From positions 5,456,001-5,520,000 of the forward strand of contig OZ210885.1 in NCBI GenBank assembly GCA_964658305.1: 64,000 bases of DNA, given 5' to 3'. The first letter of the stretch is position 1. Every line of letters begins with the position of its first letter. The notes beneath the pieces were generated by a model. That model saw only the letters and a list, made by a program, of their open reading frames with translations, ran no database searches and was not told the DNA's origin. The translations under genes were made by a program, and so were the position numbers. Shown piece after piece: positions 12,323 to 23,714 of the stretch. The DNA is from Leptogorgia sarmentosa. Its lineage: Eukaryota.

Positions 12323-12545
12323 AAATGAGGATAAAACGCGGATTCTGCAAATGAGGATAAAACGCGGATTCCGCAAATGAGGATAAAACGCGGATTCCAC
12401 AAATGAGGATAAAACGCGGATTCCACAAATGAGGATAAAACGCGGATTCCACAAATGAGGATAAAACGCGGATTCCGCAAATGAGGATAAAACGCGGATT
12501 CCGTAGGCGAATTCCGCACATGAGAATAAAACGCGGATTCCGCAA
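12323..12545. repeat. 26-bp minisatellite (AAATGAGGATAAAACGCGGATTCCGC)n, unit 1
   Basis: Head-to-tail near-perfect repeats with no spacers. Confidence 0.95.
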
Positions 12546-12709
12546 AACTCATGGGTGAGACCGCTTTTCTGCGCGTTCATTTTCGAAGGCCGAGCAACTG
12601 ATTGAAATTGACTGGACTGTTAGCTTTCTATGCAATTCACTGCGTGAAGTTTAACAACTGGACTGGTATCGTGAATTGTGATTTCACAATTTTACCAATT
12701 TTTACCTTA

Positions 12710-13017
12710 GGGACCGTTCATTATTTATGCCCGGGGTTGGTACCGAAGAGAAACAAAAAATAGTGCAAATATTTTTTTTACCCAACCTCGGCATGGCTAA
12801 AAAATTTTTTAACCCAACCACCCTGTTTATTTCCTAAAATATAAATCTACTATGTGGTGAATATATCTACTATGTGATGAATACCAATTTCATTTTACCT
12901 ACTGTTGGTATATCAGGCTAAACTTTTTTTTACCCAACCCATGAGCTAGTCAAAAAATTGATTACCCAACACATATATCTTCGGTACCAACCCCAGGCAT
13001 AGATAATGAACGGTCCC
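12710..13017. mobile_element. PIF/Harbinger-like MITE (paralogues 21378-21686, 34931-35237, 50364-50670, 57905-58211)
   Basis: ~40-bp TIRs GGGACCGTTCATTAT(T/C)TATGCC(C/T)GGGGTTGGTACCGAAGA flanked by TTA on both sides (12707-12709, 13018-13020). Confidence 0.8.
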
Positions 13018-13129
13018 TTAGTTGCATTATGGCTCTGATCACCCCTAGATCCGCCCCTGCCTGATGGGGATTTGTGAAAAAGTATTCACCCATTTCGTTT
13101 TTTATTACTCGTTGCAAGATATCAAATTC

Positions 13130-13202
13130 GCCTCATTAACTCAGGGGTTAGAGCACTGGTCTTGTAAACTTGAGGTCCAGAGTTCAAATCTCTGATGGGG
13201 CT
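13130..13202 (+). pseudogene. tRNA-Thr(TGT)-derived pseudogene (unit 1)
   Basis: Paralogue of 21799-21871 with D-stem (ACTC) and anticodon-stem (ACTTG) mismatches. Confidence 0.65.
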
Positions 13203-15573
13203 GTGTGAATAAGTATTCATCCATTTCCTTTTTCGTTATTCGTGACAAGATATCAAGTTAATTTTTAACATTGTTTTTAAGACGTTGGGATCAACGTTAT
13301 AGAATTGACGGTGTTTTAACGTGAAATCGACGTTACTTCATATTTGATGTTAACTGGCAACCAACATTTTCAAAATGATATAAAAATAGAAAATTAAAAG
13401 AGTTTATAAAAGCACGAAGAGCAAGAACAAGAATGAAAAAGATACAGGTTAGTAGAAGGTAAGATTAGATCGTTTTAACGTATTAAAATATGGTTTTAAA
13501 TCCTTCAACCAGAGAAATACAAAAATACACAAAAGGCGGGAAAATGTGCGAAAAATACCAAATTTGTAGACCTTTAGAATTCACAGTACCTTGCGAGTGT
13601 TTCATGAAGCCTGTAGAAACTTTTTTTTTCAAGACAAGTATTGCGTGTGTTACTTAATCTCAACATTTCTCATGTGTATAAATATTTAATTGAACATAAT
13701 TTTTCGTCTTTTAACAACGAAAAACATTACTGACATGCGTTGTGCCAAATGAAATAATAATTTTTTTAACATGTATACTGGAAGTAGTTCTTTATTTGAA
13801 TTAAAATCCCATTTTAACACCTGTGTGAACACATGAAGCTGCACATGTGTGAATTCACATGTGTAAGACGTGAAGTCATCTGAGCATTCACATGTCGGGC
13901 TTCACATATGTGACGGCTTGAAATATTTGATAATTATTCACATGTGTGAACAAATTCATGTCTGTGAAATTTCACACACGGGAAGCCTTCACATGTTTAA
14001 GCTTTCACACATGTGGAAATTCACATGCGTAGATTCACCTGTTGCAAATTAACATGTTCAATTTCTCACATGTGGAAATTGACATGGGTAGATTCACATG
14101 TTCCAAATTCACATGTTCAATTTAACACATGTGAAAAGGGGAAGTTTCCTTGTCTAGTTCATCTAGGCGTACATTGGGGCCGAAAAAGAAAAATTTCATT
14201 TTTTTCTATATTACACCTTTGGTTAAATTTTTAGCGACGACCGCTCTTAAACGCAAGTGTAATATGGGCGGGAAAATATGCGAAACAAACAAACAGGCAG
14301 TCGAATGTTGCTGTGGGCAAATACAACACTAGCGACACCCATTTTCCCTGCACATGCATTACCATAATTTATGATTCGATATCAAATTACACTAGTTAAT
14401 TTTTAATTAATATGAATTGCCATTAAATATCAATTTACAGTTGTACCCAAACTCCATTATGTAATGAAGCAATTCGACCATAATATATATACAATAGAAA
14501 AGATATATAGATATAAGAACGTTTTGTCCGGACGCGTACGAAATGTTTGAGTCAAAACTTCAATTTTTCAACGAATATGAAACTCCTCTTATTAGTAAAT
14601 TCGTAGCGTTATATTGGTAATTGTTGTTTTAGTGGTATCACCGATATTCAAGATTTTGTCCTTGAATGAAAACGTTGAATGGTTGGGTGAAAATGTGCAT
14701 AGCTTTCCTTAGAGCTCTTACAGGGGACATTTAATATTAATAATATTAAATAAAAATATTTAATATATCAATGAACCACTAAAACCACAATGCAGCACGT
14801 TATCAATAAAGGAAATACAGTATTAGAAGGTGGACAAGCCATATTAATATAAGTTGTCATCAGAAATTGTACGATTGTTTGATCCTGTGTTAGAACAAGT
14901 GGACGAACGAATATCTTCGAAAACTGATACAGCGTAGTGGGAAACAAAGTCGTGAAACACCACAATTTTTGAACGAATGATTTTCTGATTTAATTAAATA
15001 ATTTTAAAAAAATTTTACAAACCTAGAAAATGCCGAATTTTCAACGAATCTTCAATGACGTCTTTTTCGCAACTCAGTGAATTCGGAAAAAAGCGTCAAC
15101 CACAAATAGAAAGGCACAATATCAAATTTTACACGCGTTCAGCCGAACGTGTAATGACCACATGTGAAAATTAACAGCTTACGTGAAATTAAAAATTTGA
15201 ATTTTTTGTGACGTCATACGAGAAAATCGCATTTTCGTCGCTTTCCCTTTGGTAATTTTTTTGAAACATTGCGGCATTAAATGAAACCGCAAGGTGTATA
15301 AAATCATCAATTTTCGTAATCTAAGATACAAAAAAGGTGTTTCACGTTTATACGTTGTATCAAGAGGAAATAAATTGTATTCTAGCGACTACAACATTTT
15401 GTTAAAACTACTAGGGAGCCACCTTGTTCATCATGGTGTGAATATATTACTACATGCTTGACTATGAAAGGCTTGTATCCCTGCTGTGAGTTCGTACGTG
15501 TACTTAGAAGGTAGTTTGTCGTGAAAAACATTCACATTGTAGACATTAGGAAGATCTTTCGCCCCCGTTGAGA

Positions 15574-17763
15574 CTAAATGGAGACTAAACGCTTTGCATT
15601 AGTTGCATGACCCCAGTGCCCTCGTTCATGCCTCTTCAAGTCACCTTTTTGACTAAATTTCCTGCCACATTGTTCACACTGGAAAGGTTTTTCTCCAGTG
15701 TGCACTCGTTCGTGTCTCTTCAAGTCACCTTTTTGACTAAATTTCCTGGCACATTGTTCACATTGGAAAGGTTTTTCTCCATTGTGAATTCCTTCGTGTG
15801 TCTTCAAGTTACTTGGGTGATTAAATGTCTTACCACATTGTTCACACTGGAAAGGTTTTTCTCCAGTGTGTACTCGTTCGTGTGTCTTTAAGCTACTTGA
15901 GCAACGAAATGTCTTACCGCATTGTTCACATTGGAAAGGTCTTTCTCCAGTGTGCACTCTTTCGTGTGTCTTCAAGTTACTTGGGCGACTACATGTCTTA
16001 CCACACTGTTCACACTGGAAAGGTTTTTCTCCAGTGTGCACTCGTTCGTGTGTCTTTAAGCTACTTGTGTGACGAAATGTCATACCACATTGTTCACACT
16101 GGAAAGGTTTTTCTCCATTGTGAATTCGTTCGTGTGTCTTCAAGTTACTTGGGTGATTAAATGTCTTACCACATTGTTCACACTGGAAAGGTTTTTCTCC
16201 AGTGTGCACTCGTTCGTGTGTTTGTAAGTTACTTGGGCGACTAAATGTCTTACCACATTGTTCACACTGGAAAGGTTTTTCTCCAGTGTGCACTCGTTCG
16301 TGTGACTTCAAGTGACTTCGTTGACTAAATGTTTTCCCACATTGTTCACACTGAAAAGGTTTTTCTCCAATGTGCACTCGTTGGTGTGACTTCAAGTGAC
16401 TTCGTTGACTAAATGTCTTACCACATTGTTCACACTGGAAAGGTTTTTCTCCAGTGTGCACTCGTTCGTGTCTCTTTAAGCTACTTGTGTGACGAAATGT
16501 CATACCACATTGTTCACACTGGAAAGGTTTTTCTCCAGTGTGTACTCGTTCGTGTCTCTTCAAGTCACCTTTTTGACTAAATTTCCTGGCACATTGTTCA
16601 CACAGGAAAGGTTTTTCTCCATTGTGAATTCCTTCGTGTGTCTTCAAGTTACTTCGGTGATTAAATGTCTTACCACATTGTTCACACTGGAAAGGTTTTT
16701 CTCCAGTGTGCACTCGTTCGTGTGTCTTCAAGTTACTTGGGTGATTAAATGTCTTACCGCATTGTTCACACTGGAAAAGTTTTTCTCCAGTGTGCACTCG
16801 TTCGTGAGTCTTTAAGCTACTTGAGCAACGAAATGTCTTACTGCATTGTTCACATTGGAAAGGTCTTTCTCCAGTGTGCACTCGTTCGTGTCTCTTGAAG
16901 TTACTTGGGTGACTAAATGTCTTACCACATTGTTCACACTGGAAAGGTTTTTCTCCAGTGTGCACTCGTTCGTGTCTCTTCAAGTTACTTGGGCGACTAA
17001 ATGTCTTACCACATTGTTCACACTGGAAAGGTTTTTCTCCAGTGTGCACTCGTTCGTGTGACTTTAAGCTACTTGTGTGACGAAATGTCTTACCACATTG
17101 TTCACACTGGAAAGGTTTTTCTCCAGTGTGCACTCGTTCGTGTGACTTTAAGCTACTTGTGTGACTAAATGTCTTACCACATTGTTCACACTGGAAAGGT
17201 TTTTCTCCAGTGTGCACTCGTTCGTGTCTCTTCAAGTTACTTGGGCGACTAAATGTCTTACCACATTGTTCACACTGGAAAGGTTTTTCTCCAATGTGCA
17301 CTCGTTCGTGTATCTTTAAGCTACTTGGGCAACTAAATGTCCTGCTGCATTGTTCACACTGGAAAGGTTTTTCTCCAGTGTGCACTCGTTCGTGTGTCTG
17401 TAAGTTGATTTGCTGATTAAAAGCCTTACCACATTGTTCACATTGGAAAGATCTTTCGCCAGTGTGAATTCGTCCGTATGTCGCCAAATGACTTTTATCT
17501 TTGCATGCTTTACCACATTGTTGAGAGTCTGTTAAACGATAAAAGAATTAGGGGTGAACAGGAAAATGAAGGACAATACTGAATATTTACCATTTTCAGT
17601 ATTTGCTCAGTGGTTTTGTGAATGGTTGTTTGTATAGTGCAAAACGTTCATTAAACTTACAAATATAATGATCATCATCAGGAATTTCTTCTTCAGTGTC
17701 ATTCGGACGTTCAGTACGGCTTGTAGATTTTCTCGCAATGTGCGGGTGCGACACATCCCCCAT
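15574..17763 (-). CDS. PRDM9-like copy 2, PR/SET-deleted: SSXRD-like exon + 22 C2H2 fingers (~685 aa); exons 17763-17661, 17528-15574
   Basis: Same splice sites and in-frame deletion junction as copy 1. Uninterrupted 637-aa finger ORF with 28-aa periodicity and TGEKPF-type linkers. Confidence 0.8.
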
Positions 17764-18959
17764 TATCACAATCTGAAAAAGGTAGAGTTAAGACTCTGAA
17801 ATGGCCGTTTCCAGCGATCTGCTCTCTAAATTCAAACGATTGAAAATTCAATCTATTTATCCGCGTAAAAACATTCTCTTTGGGATTGTTTTTACCGACC
17901 AAACTTTTTCTATTGGAAATCAATCCTACTACATTTTAAAAATGCAGTTGCAAATTGAAACGCTAATATCTTGAGCATGCAATACTTTACGAAAATACAT
18001 GTATTATACGTCAAAATTTAAGTTGGGCTTTTATGAATTCAGCTACATTTATTTGAACGATGTAGCGCTTATGCTTTCCTCACTTTACTAAGGGGCTGTT
18101 TACATGAGCCCGGTTTGGCTGGCCCGCTTCAACGAGGCGCCCGGCTTCATACTAATTTCTTATTAATTATAACAATTCGACTTTACATGCAAACCGGGCT
18201 AGCCCGCTTAGGTGGGATCTCACTCTACTCAAACGGGGCGCCCGGTCAACCGGGATGAATTTTTTCTTTGTTTTTGTAAAAAAAAGCCGAAATTTTGTTT
18301 TTATGTTGAAAAAATCAAGATGAAAAGGCCGAATTTTTGTACGGCTGAAACGGTTTCACAATCCCTATAAAAAAGCACAGTTTTTTTCAACCCGAAAGGT
18401 AAATCTAATTCCTTTTTTATGCAAAAAATTGAATAAAATATTTTCTAAAAAGAATACCTTTCAAGTTTCAAATGAGATTTTCGAGCTCTGAAGATCTGTG
18501 TCGCTTCATTTTTAACTAACTAGAATAGATGCCGCTACTTCTTCAGTCGTCTTGAAGGCAGCAAATGATATCAGAATGTCAAAAAAGGAAGAAAACCGAA
18601 AAATCCTTTGCAAAAACCAAAAATCCAAAATATTTTCGCCAAAACAAATCTTTAGCGGGCTCAAAGTTAGTTGTGGTCAGTGGTGCTCCAATGAAAATTA
18701 GGAACCAGCTAGTGGCGTGGATTTGAATGAATCCACGCCATAATTTTGGCTTCACTTTTTGTTGCCGTGCATTCTCTCCAGTAATTCTTTAAGCTCAGTG
18801 ATTAAAATCGTTTCGTATACAGGCGGGCGGGAGACACATAATTTTTGGCGAGCTAAAAATTTAGTGCTTCTTTGGAGACGCACTAAATGGTTTATATCGT
18901 CCAGACAAATATTTCGTCTCCCGCCCGTCTTTATGCGAAACGATTTCAAGACATCTTAA

Positions 18960-19204
18960 AGGGGGGTTACAGTCTCTAATGTAAACAAACGCTTTGTTTA
19001 CATTTTGAGTTGCTATATTTGTACATTTGATTGAACTACTGAATATTTGACACTTTTCGGGTTTGCTATGCTCCTAAAACAATATAAACCAGCGTTTCGA
19101 TTCAAAAAAGTTTCAAAACATGCGAAATTCGGACAATGTTTACGTTTAGTAGTCTCCTTTTGTTATGAGCAGAACCGATGCGCAGAATCGACTGTAACCC
19201 CTCT
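18960..19204. mobile_element. Kolobok-like MITE with TTAA target duplication, unit 2 only
   Basis: TTAA-AGGGGGGTTACAGTC...GACTGTAACCCCTCT-TTAA. Empty site catcTTAAaatgcc at ~56341 (also ~33354). Confidence 0.85.
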
Positions 19205-20302
19205 TTAAAATGCCGGTTGGCCAAAGTCGTCCAGACACATTATTCGTCTGTAAAAACGGCCGTTACGTAAATATTCTCACTTCGTATCATCGTATCATGA
19301 TAACAAGTCATAGTTTCAAAAATGAACGGGCATTCTATAATTTGACCATTGGTTTATTTTGTGAAAAATACGTGCACTTGGACTACAGTCACTATATATA
19401 TAGTCATGTTGCAATTGTTCCTAAATATAAATATACAAATACATCCAGACATCACAAAATGTAAACAATATAAACTGCGATATAAACAATGCAGTCCGGA
19501 AATCATTTCGTTGATGAATGATAAGGCCTTAAAATATCGACCAGCAGGCAGTCTGACATTCAGAATGAGTCGTACATTTTAAAAATTATCTCCGATGGCC
19601 ATGAGGCTAATTTTAAAATCATGTTGACAGTATAGGCTGATTTCCGCTTGCACGTGTTTTTAAATTCAGGACGTTCACGCACGTAAAGTATGAAATAACC
19701 GAATAACGACTGACAAATTACTGTGTAATGAAGCGAAAATAAAGACATATACGAGCCAAAATAATGTAGCGAACAAAGGCGTGGCAGAACGCTGTGCAAC
19801 CGGACAGTAAGGCGCGTTTTAGACGCCGAATTCTGTAGCTTTGAATGCAATTCAAACAATAGAAAATGAAATAACTTTGCTCATTAACTATGGTTTGAAT
19901 TTTATTCCGCGCGACGAAAATTTGACGTCTAAAATGGGCCTAAACAACATAGAAACATACCTGAAGGATGACGATTTTTGCTAGGTCTTTGAATATTCGA
20001 AAATCATTTAGACATTCACAGATTCACTTCACCTGGCCGAACGAATCGCTGTCGGATAATGTTCAGAATAGCTCGGAAATTAATTGGTCCTTCGAACTTC
20101 CAAAGGAATTTGAAACAATTAAAAAATTTTCCTCTTTTAGCTGAACATTCGAATTAAGAAAATAAATTAGCACAGCTAGAAAAGACTAATAAATTTGGTA
20201 AAATAAATGCGAATTTGGACAGTATTGTATACGCGTATTCGCCAATTATTATTTCATCTCGATCGAGTGCGCCGTAAAGACGTGATAATTGAGGATAATA
20301 AA

Positions 20303-20907
20303 CAGCGCTCTCACAACGAATTTTCAAAATTCCTTAGCGTGAGCTCCGGAATTCCTCAGATATTCCCAAAATTCCTTAAATAACTTGTTTATCCTTGCAA
20401 CTACCCCCAAAGTACCCTGCAATCCCGTTCTTTTGCCTCTTGTTTTAAAAACAAGACTCAAATAGTTGGAAAATCGTTAATAAACACAATTTGTGAGGTA
20501 CCTGAGCTTACTTAAGTATATACAAGATAAAATGGGATAGAATGAGCGACTTATCATCTCCTGAGCCGGACCGGAAACGCACATTCGCGCAATTTATCAG
20601 AAACTATAATTATGTAAATTAACTATAATCACCATTTTTTAAATTTTAGTTTGCTGTGACATATGTTTCACAGGCATTTTACCACTAAGATAAAGAATTA
20701 CTTTATTATTAATTAGTAATTCTTTAGCTCAGGGCATTTTACCAAAGGCTTTTCTCACTGAGCTAAAGAATTACTGGAGAGAGTGGCTTTTCTCGAAATA
20801 TTAAAATTCCTTAGAAAATTCCTTAAAAATTGAATTCCTTAAAAAAATCCTTAAAACTTTGCTAAATTCCTATTTCTGAGGAAAAATCCTTAGAAGTGAG
20901 AGCACTG
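20303..20907. mobile_element. Non-autonomous DNA transposon (CAG...CTG ends, hAT-like), unit 2 only
   Basis: TIRs CAGCGCTCTCAC / GTGAGAGCACTG with subterminal AAATTCCTTA repeats at both ends. Absent from other units. TSD imperfect (TAATAAA). Confidence 0.7.
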
Positions 20908-20914
20908 AATTAAT

Positions 20915-21226
20915 AAATGAGGATAAAACGCGGATTCGATAAGCGGATTCCGCATAGAGAATAAAACGCCGATTCCAGAAATGAGGATAAAACGCGGATT
21001 CCGCACATGAGGATAAAACGCGGATTGGGCAAATGAGGATACAACGCGGATTCCGCACATGAGGATAAAATGCGGATTCCGCAAATGAGGATAAAATGCG
21101 GATTCCGCAAATGAGGATAAAACGGGGATTCCGCAAATGAGGATAAAACGCGGATTCCGCAAATGAGGATAAAACGCGGATTCTGTAGGGGAATTCCGCA
21201 CATGAGGATAAAACGCGGATTCCGCA
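20915..21226. repeat. 26-bp minisatellite, unit 2
   Basis: Same repeat unit, different copy number. Confidence 0.95.
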
Positions 21227-21798
21227 AAACTCATGGGTGAGACCGCTTTTCTGCGCGTTCATTTTCGAAGGCCGAGCAACTGATTGAAATTGACTGGACT
21301 GTTAACATTGCGTGAAGTTTAACAACTGGACTGCTATCGTGAATTGTGATTTCACAATTCTACCAATTTTTATCTTCGGGACCGTTCATTATTTATGCCC
21401 GTGGTTGGTACCGAAGACAAAGAAAAAATAGTGCAAATATTTTTTTTACCCAACCTCGGCATGGCTAAAAATTTTTTTTACCCAAACCCTGTATATTTCC
21501 TAAAATATAAATCTACTATGTGGTGAATATATATCTACTATGTGATGAATACCAATTTCATTTTACCTACTGTTGGTATATATCAGGCTAAATTTTTTTT
21601 ACCTAACCCATGAGCTAGTCAAAAAATTGATTACCCAACCCATATATCTTCGGTACCAACCCCAGGCATAGATAATGAACGGTCCCTCAGAGGCATTATC
21701 GCTCTAATCACCCCTAGATCCGCCCCTGCCTGATGGGGCTTTGTGAATTAGTATTCACCCATTTCGTTTTTTATTACTCGTTGCAAGATATCAAATTC

Positions 21799-21871
21799 GC
21801 CTCATTAGCTCAGTGGTTAGAGCACTGGTCTTGTAAACTAGAGATCCAGAGTTCAAATCTCTGATGGGGCT
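21799..21871 (+). tRNA. tRNA-Thr (TGT), foldable with a G:U in the anticodon stem
   Basis: Same cloverleaf with anticodon stem CTGGT/ACTAG and variable loop AGATC. Confidence 0.55.
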
Positions 21872-22398
21872 TTGTGAATAAGTATTCATCCATTTCGTTT
21901 TTGGTTATTCGTGACAAGATATCAAGTTAACTCTCGTGATTGTATGAAAAGTGTGACCAGAATGAAAATTTTTGAAGAGAATTTATTTCATGAAAATCAT
22001 GTGATAATTCAGAAAATTAAGTTTAATTAACTTCTTAATATCCTTGTAGTCAATTTTCTGGACGCTGATTGGCAAAAAGCTTCAACAACTGTGCGAATTA
22101 ATGCGAATTAAACATTAATTACACAGGTGTGTAATTAATTTTTCAAATACCACGGTTTCGACCCGCGATATATGAGCGGTAAATTTAAAAACAAGTAAAA
22201 CCACAGTAAAATTTTTGTTTTTCGTATGAATTTACGATGGTTTTGATTTGTTTGATATTGAAATTGCACTGAAATTGACTACTGTGAAAAATTGCACTTG
22301 TGTTTGGCGAAATAAATAAATTTTCATTAATACTTCTGGAACCATGTAATTTCCTATACTAATTGGATTTATATTCTGAGTTTAAAGGGGAATAAGTA

Positions 22399-23714
22399 GC
22401 CTCATTAGGTCAGTGGGCACTGGTCCTGTAAACCAGGGGAGCAGACTTCAAATCTCTGATGGGTCTCCAAAGTGTCGTTTCCAAAAATCGGCCTGATTGT
22501 TTTGAGAATGCGAAATCATTTTTGAAGTGGCACTCAGAGTTCCGCTCACTTGTAATATATTCCTTATTATAATTCAATCTAAGACTAAATGGTAAAGTTT
22601 TACAAAGAAAGAAAACAAGTTCATAACCTTCTCCCTTATTTTTACCATTTTGAAACATCACACGAGTGCAGGATGGGAAAGTAATATAATTTTACCGCAA
22701 GCTTTCAAGCTGCCTCATTAGCTCAGGGGTTAGAGCACTGGTCTTGTAAGATGTCTAGTAAACCAGGGCTCCAGAGTTCAAATCTCTGATTGGGCTGTAT
22801 TTTCTTTAATTTTTCGTATTTAAAATAATAAAGCTTTTGAAAAAGTACTACATACCTTCGAAAAAACATGCTTTGAAGATTTTAGTAGGTTGCCTCATTA
22901 GCTCAGTGGTTGGAGCACTGGTCTTGTAAACCAGGCGTCCAGAGTTCAAATCTCTGATGGGGCTCAAACGTGCCGTTATCAAAAATCGGCCCGTTAGTTT
23001 TGAGAAAGCGAAATAGTTTTGAGAAAGCGAAATAATTTTGAAAGTGGTACTCAGAGTTCCGCTCACTTGCATGTTATATATTCGTTATTATAATTCAATG
23101 AATGAGTAAATTGTAACGTTTTACAAAGAAGGAAAACAATTTTATAATCTTCTCTGCTATATTTAGCATTTTGAAACCTGACAATAGTGAAGAATTCTAC
23201 CGCAAACGCTTGAGCTGCCTCATTAGCTCAGGGGTTAGACCACTGGTTTCGTAAACCAGGGGTCCAGAGTTCAATTCTCTGATTTGTCTGATGAGGCTTC
23301 GGAAACTAGGAAGAACGTGGAAGGCATACGCCTGAAATGTCTTCCATATGCAGTTCAAGGTGTTAACATATTCGATTTTACAACTCAATCAAATTAAGTT
23401 TAATTAACTTCTGAGTTGGATTTCTATTCTGAGTTCCAAGGGAATGAAATCGCCTCATTAGCTGAGGGGTTAAGCACTGGTCCAGTAAATTATCTAGTGG
23501 AATATAAAGAAAGAAGAAAAAGATAAACATGGAAGATAAACTCGGATAACGTGGAAGATAAGCGTCCCGAATTTCATTCATATGCAGTTCAGGGTGTTAA
23601 AAACAATATTGGAAGAGTAGTACAGTACGTTGGAAAAAACCACGAGGAGGTTTTTAGCATGTCGCCTCCTTAGCTCAGGGGTTAGAGCGCTGGTTTCGCA
23701 AACCAGGGGTTCAG
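22399..23714 (+). pseudogene. Unit 2 tRNA-Thr pseudogene copies at 22399-22466, 22712-22796, 23217-23298 (CGT anticodon), ~23452 and ~23664 (3'-truncated)
   Basis: Repeated GCCTC(A/C)TTAGCTCAG(G/T)GGTTAGAGCACTGGT-like heads with indels or truncations. Confidence 0.7.
22892..22964 (+). tRNA. tRNA-Thr (TGT), fully foldable cloverleaf
   Basis: Acceptor GCCTCAT/ATGGGGC, D stem GCTC/GAGC, anticodon arm CTGGT-CTTGTAA-ACCAG, T arm CAGAG-TTCAAAT-CTCTG; 73 nt. Confidence 0.75.

Noticed and set aside
12187..12580. Overlapping ORFs with SFAESAFYPHLRNPRFILICGIRVL repeats (also ~20870-21262, 34314-34772, 50016-50341, 57291-57746)
   Set aside because: Translations of the stop-free strand of a 26-bp minisatellite, open in all three frames; no coding evidence.
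15607..17416. Plus-strand ORFs ([13 protein letters not shown] / [17 protein letters not shown]) over the finger arrays, also at 40-41, 54 and 62-63 kb
   Set aside because: Antisense shadows of the C2H2 repeats.
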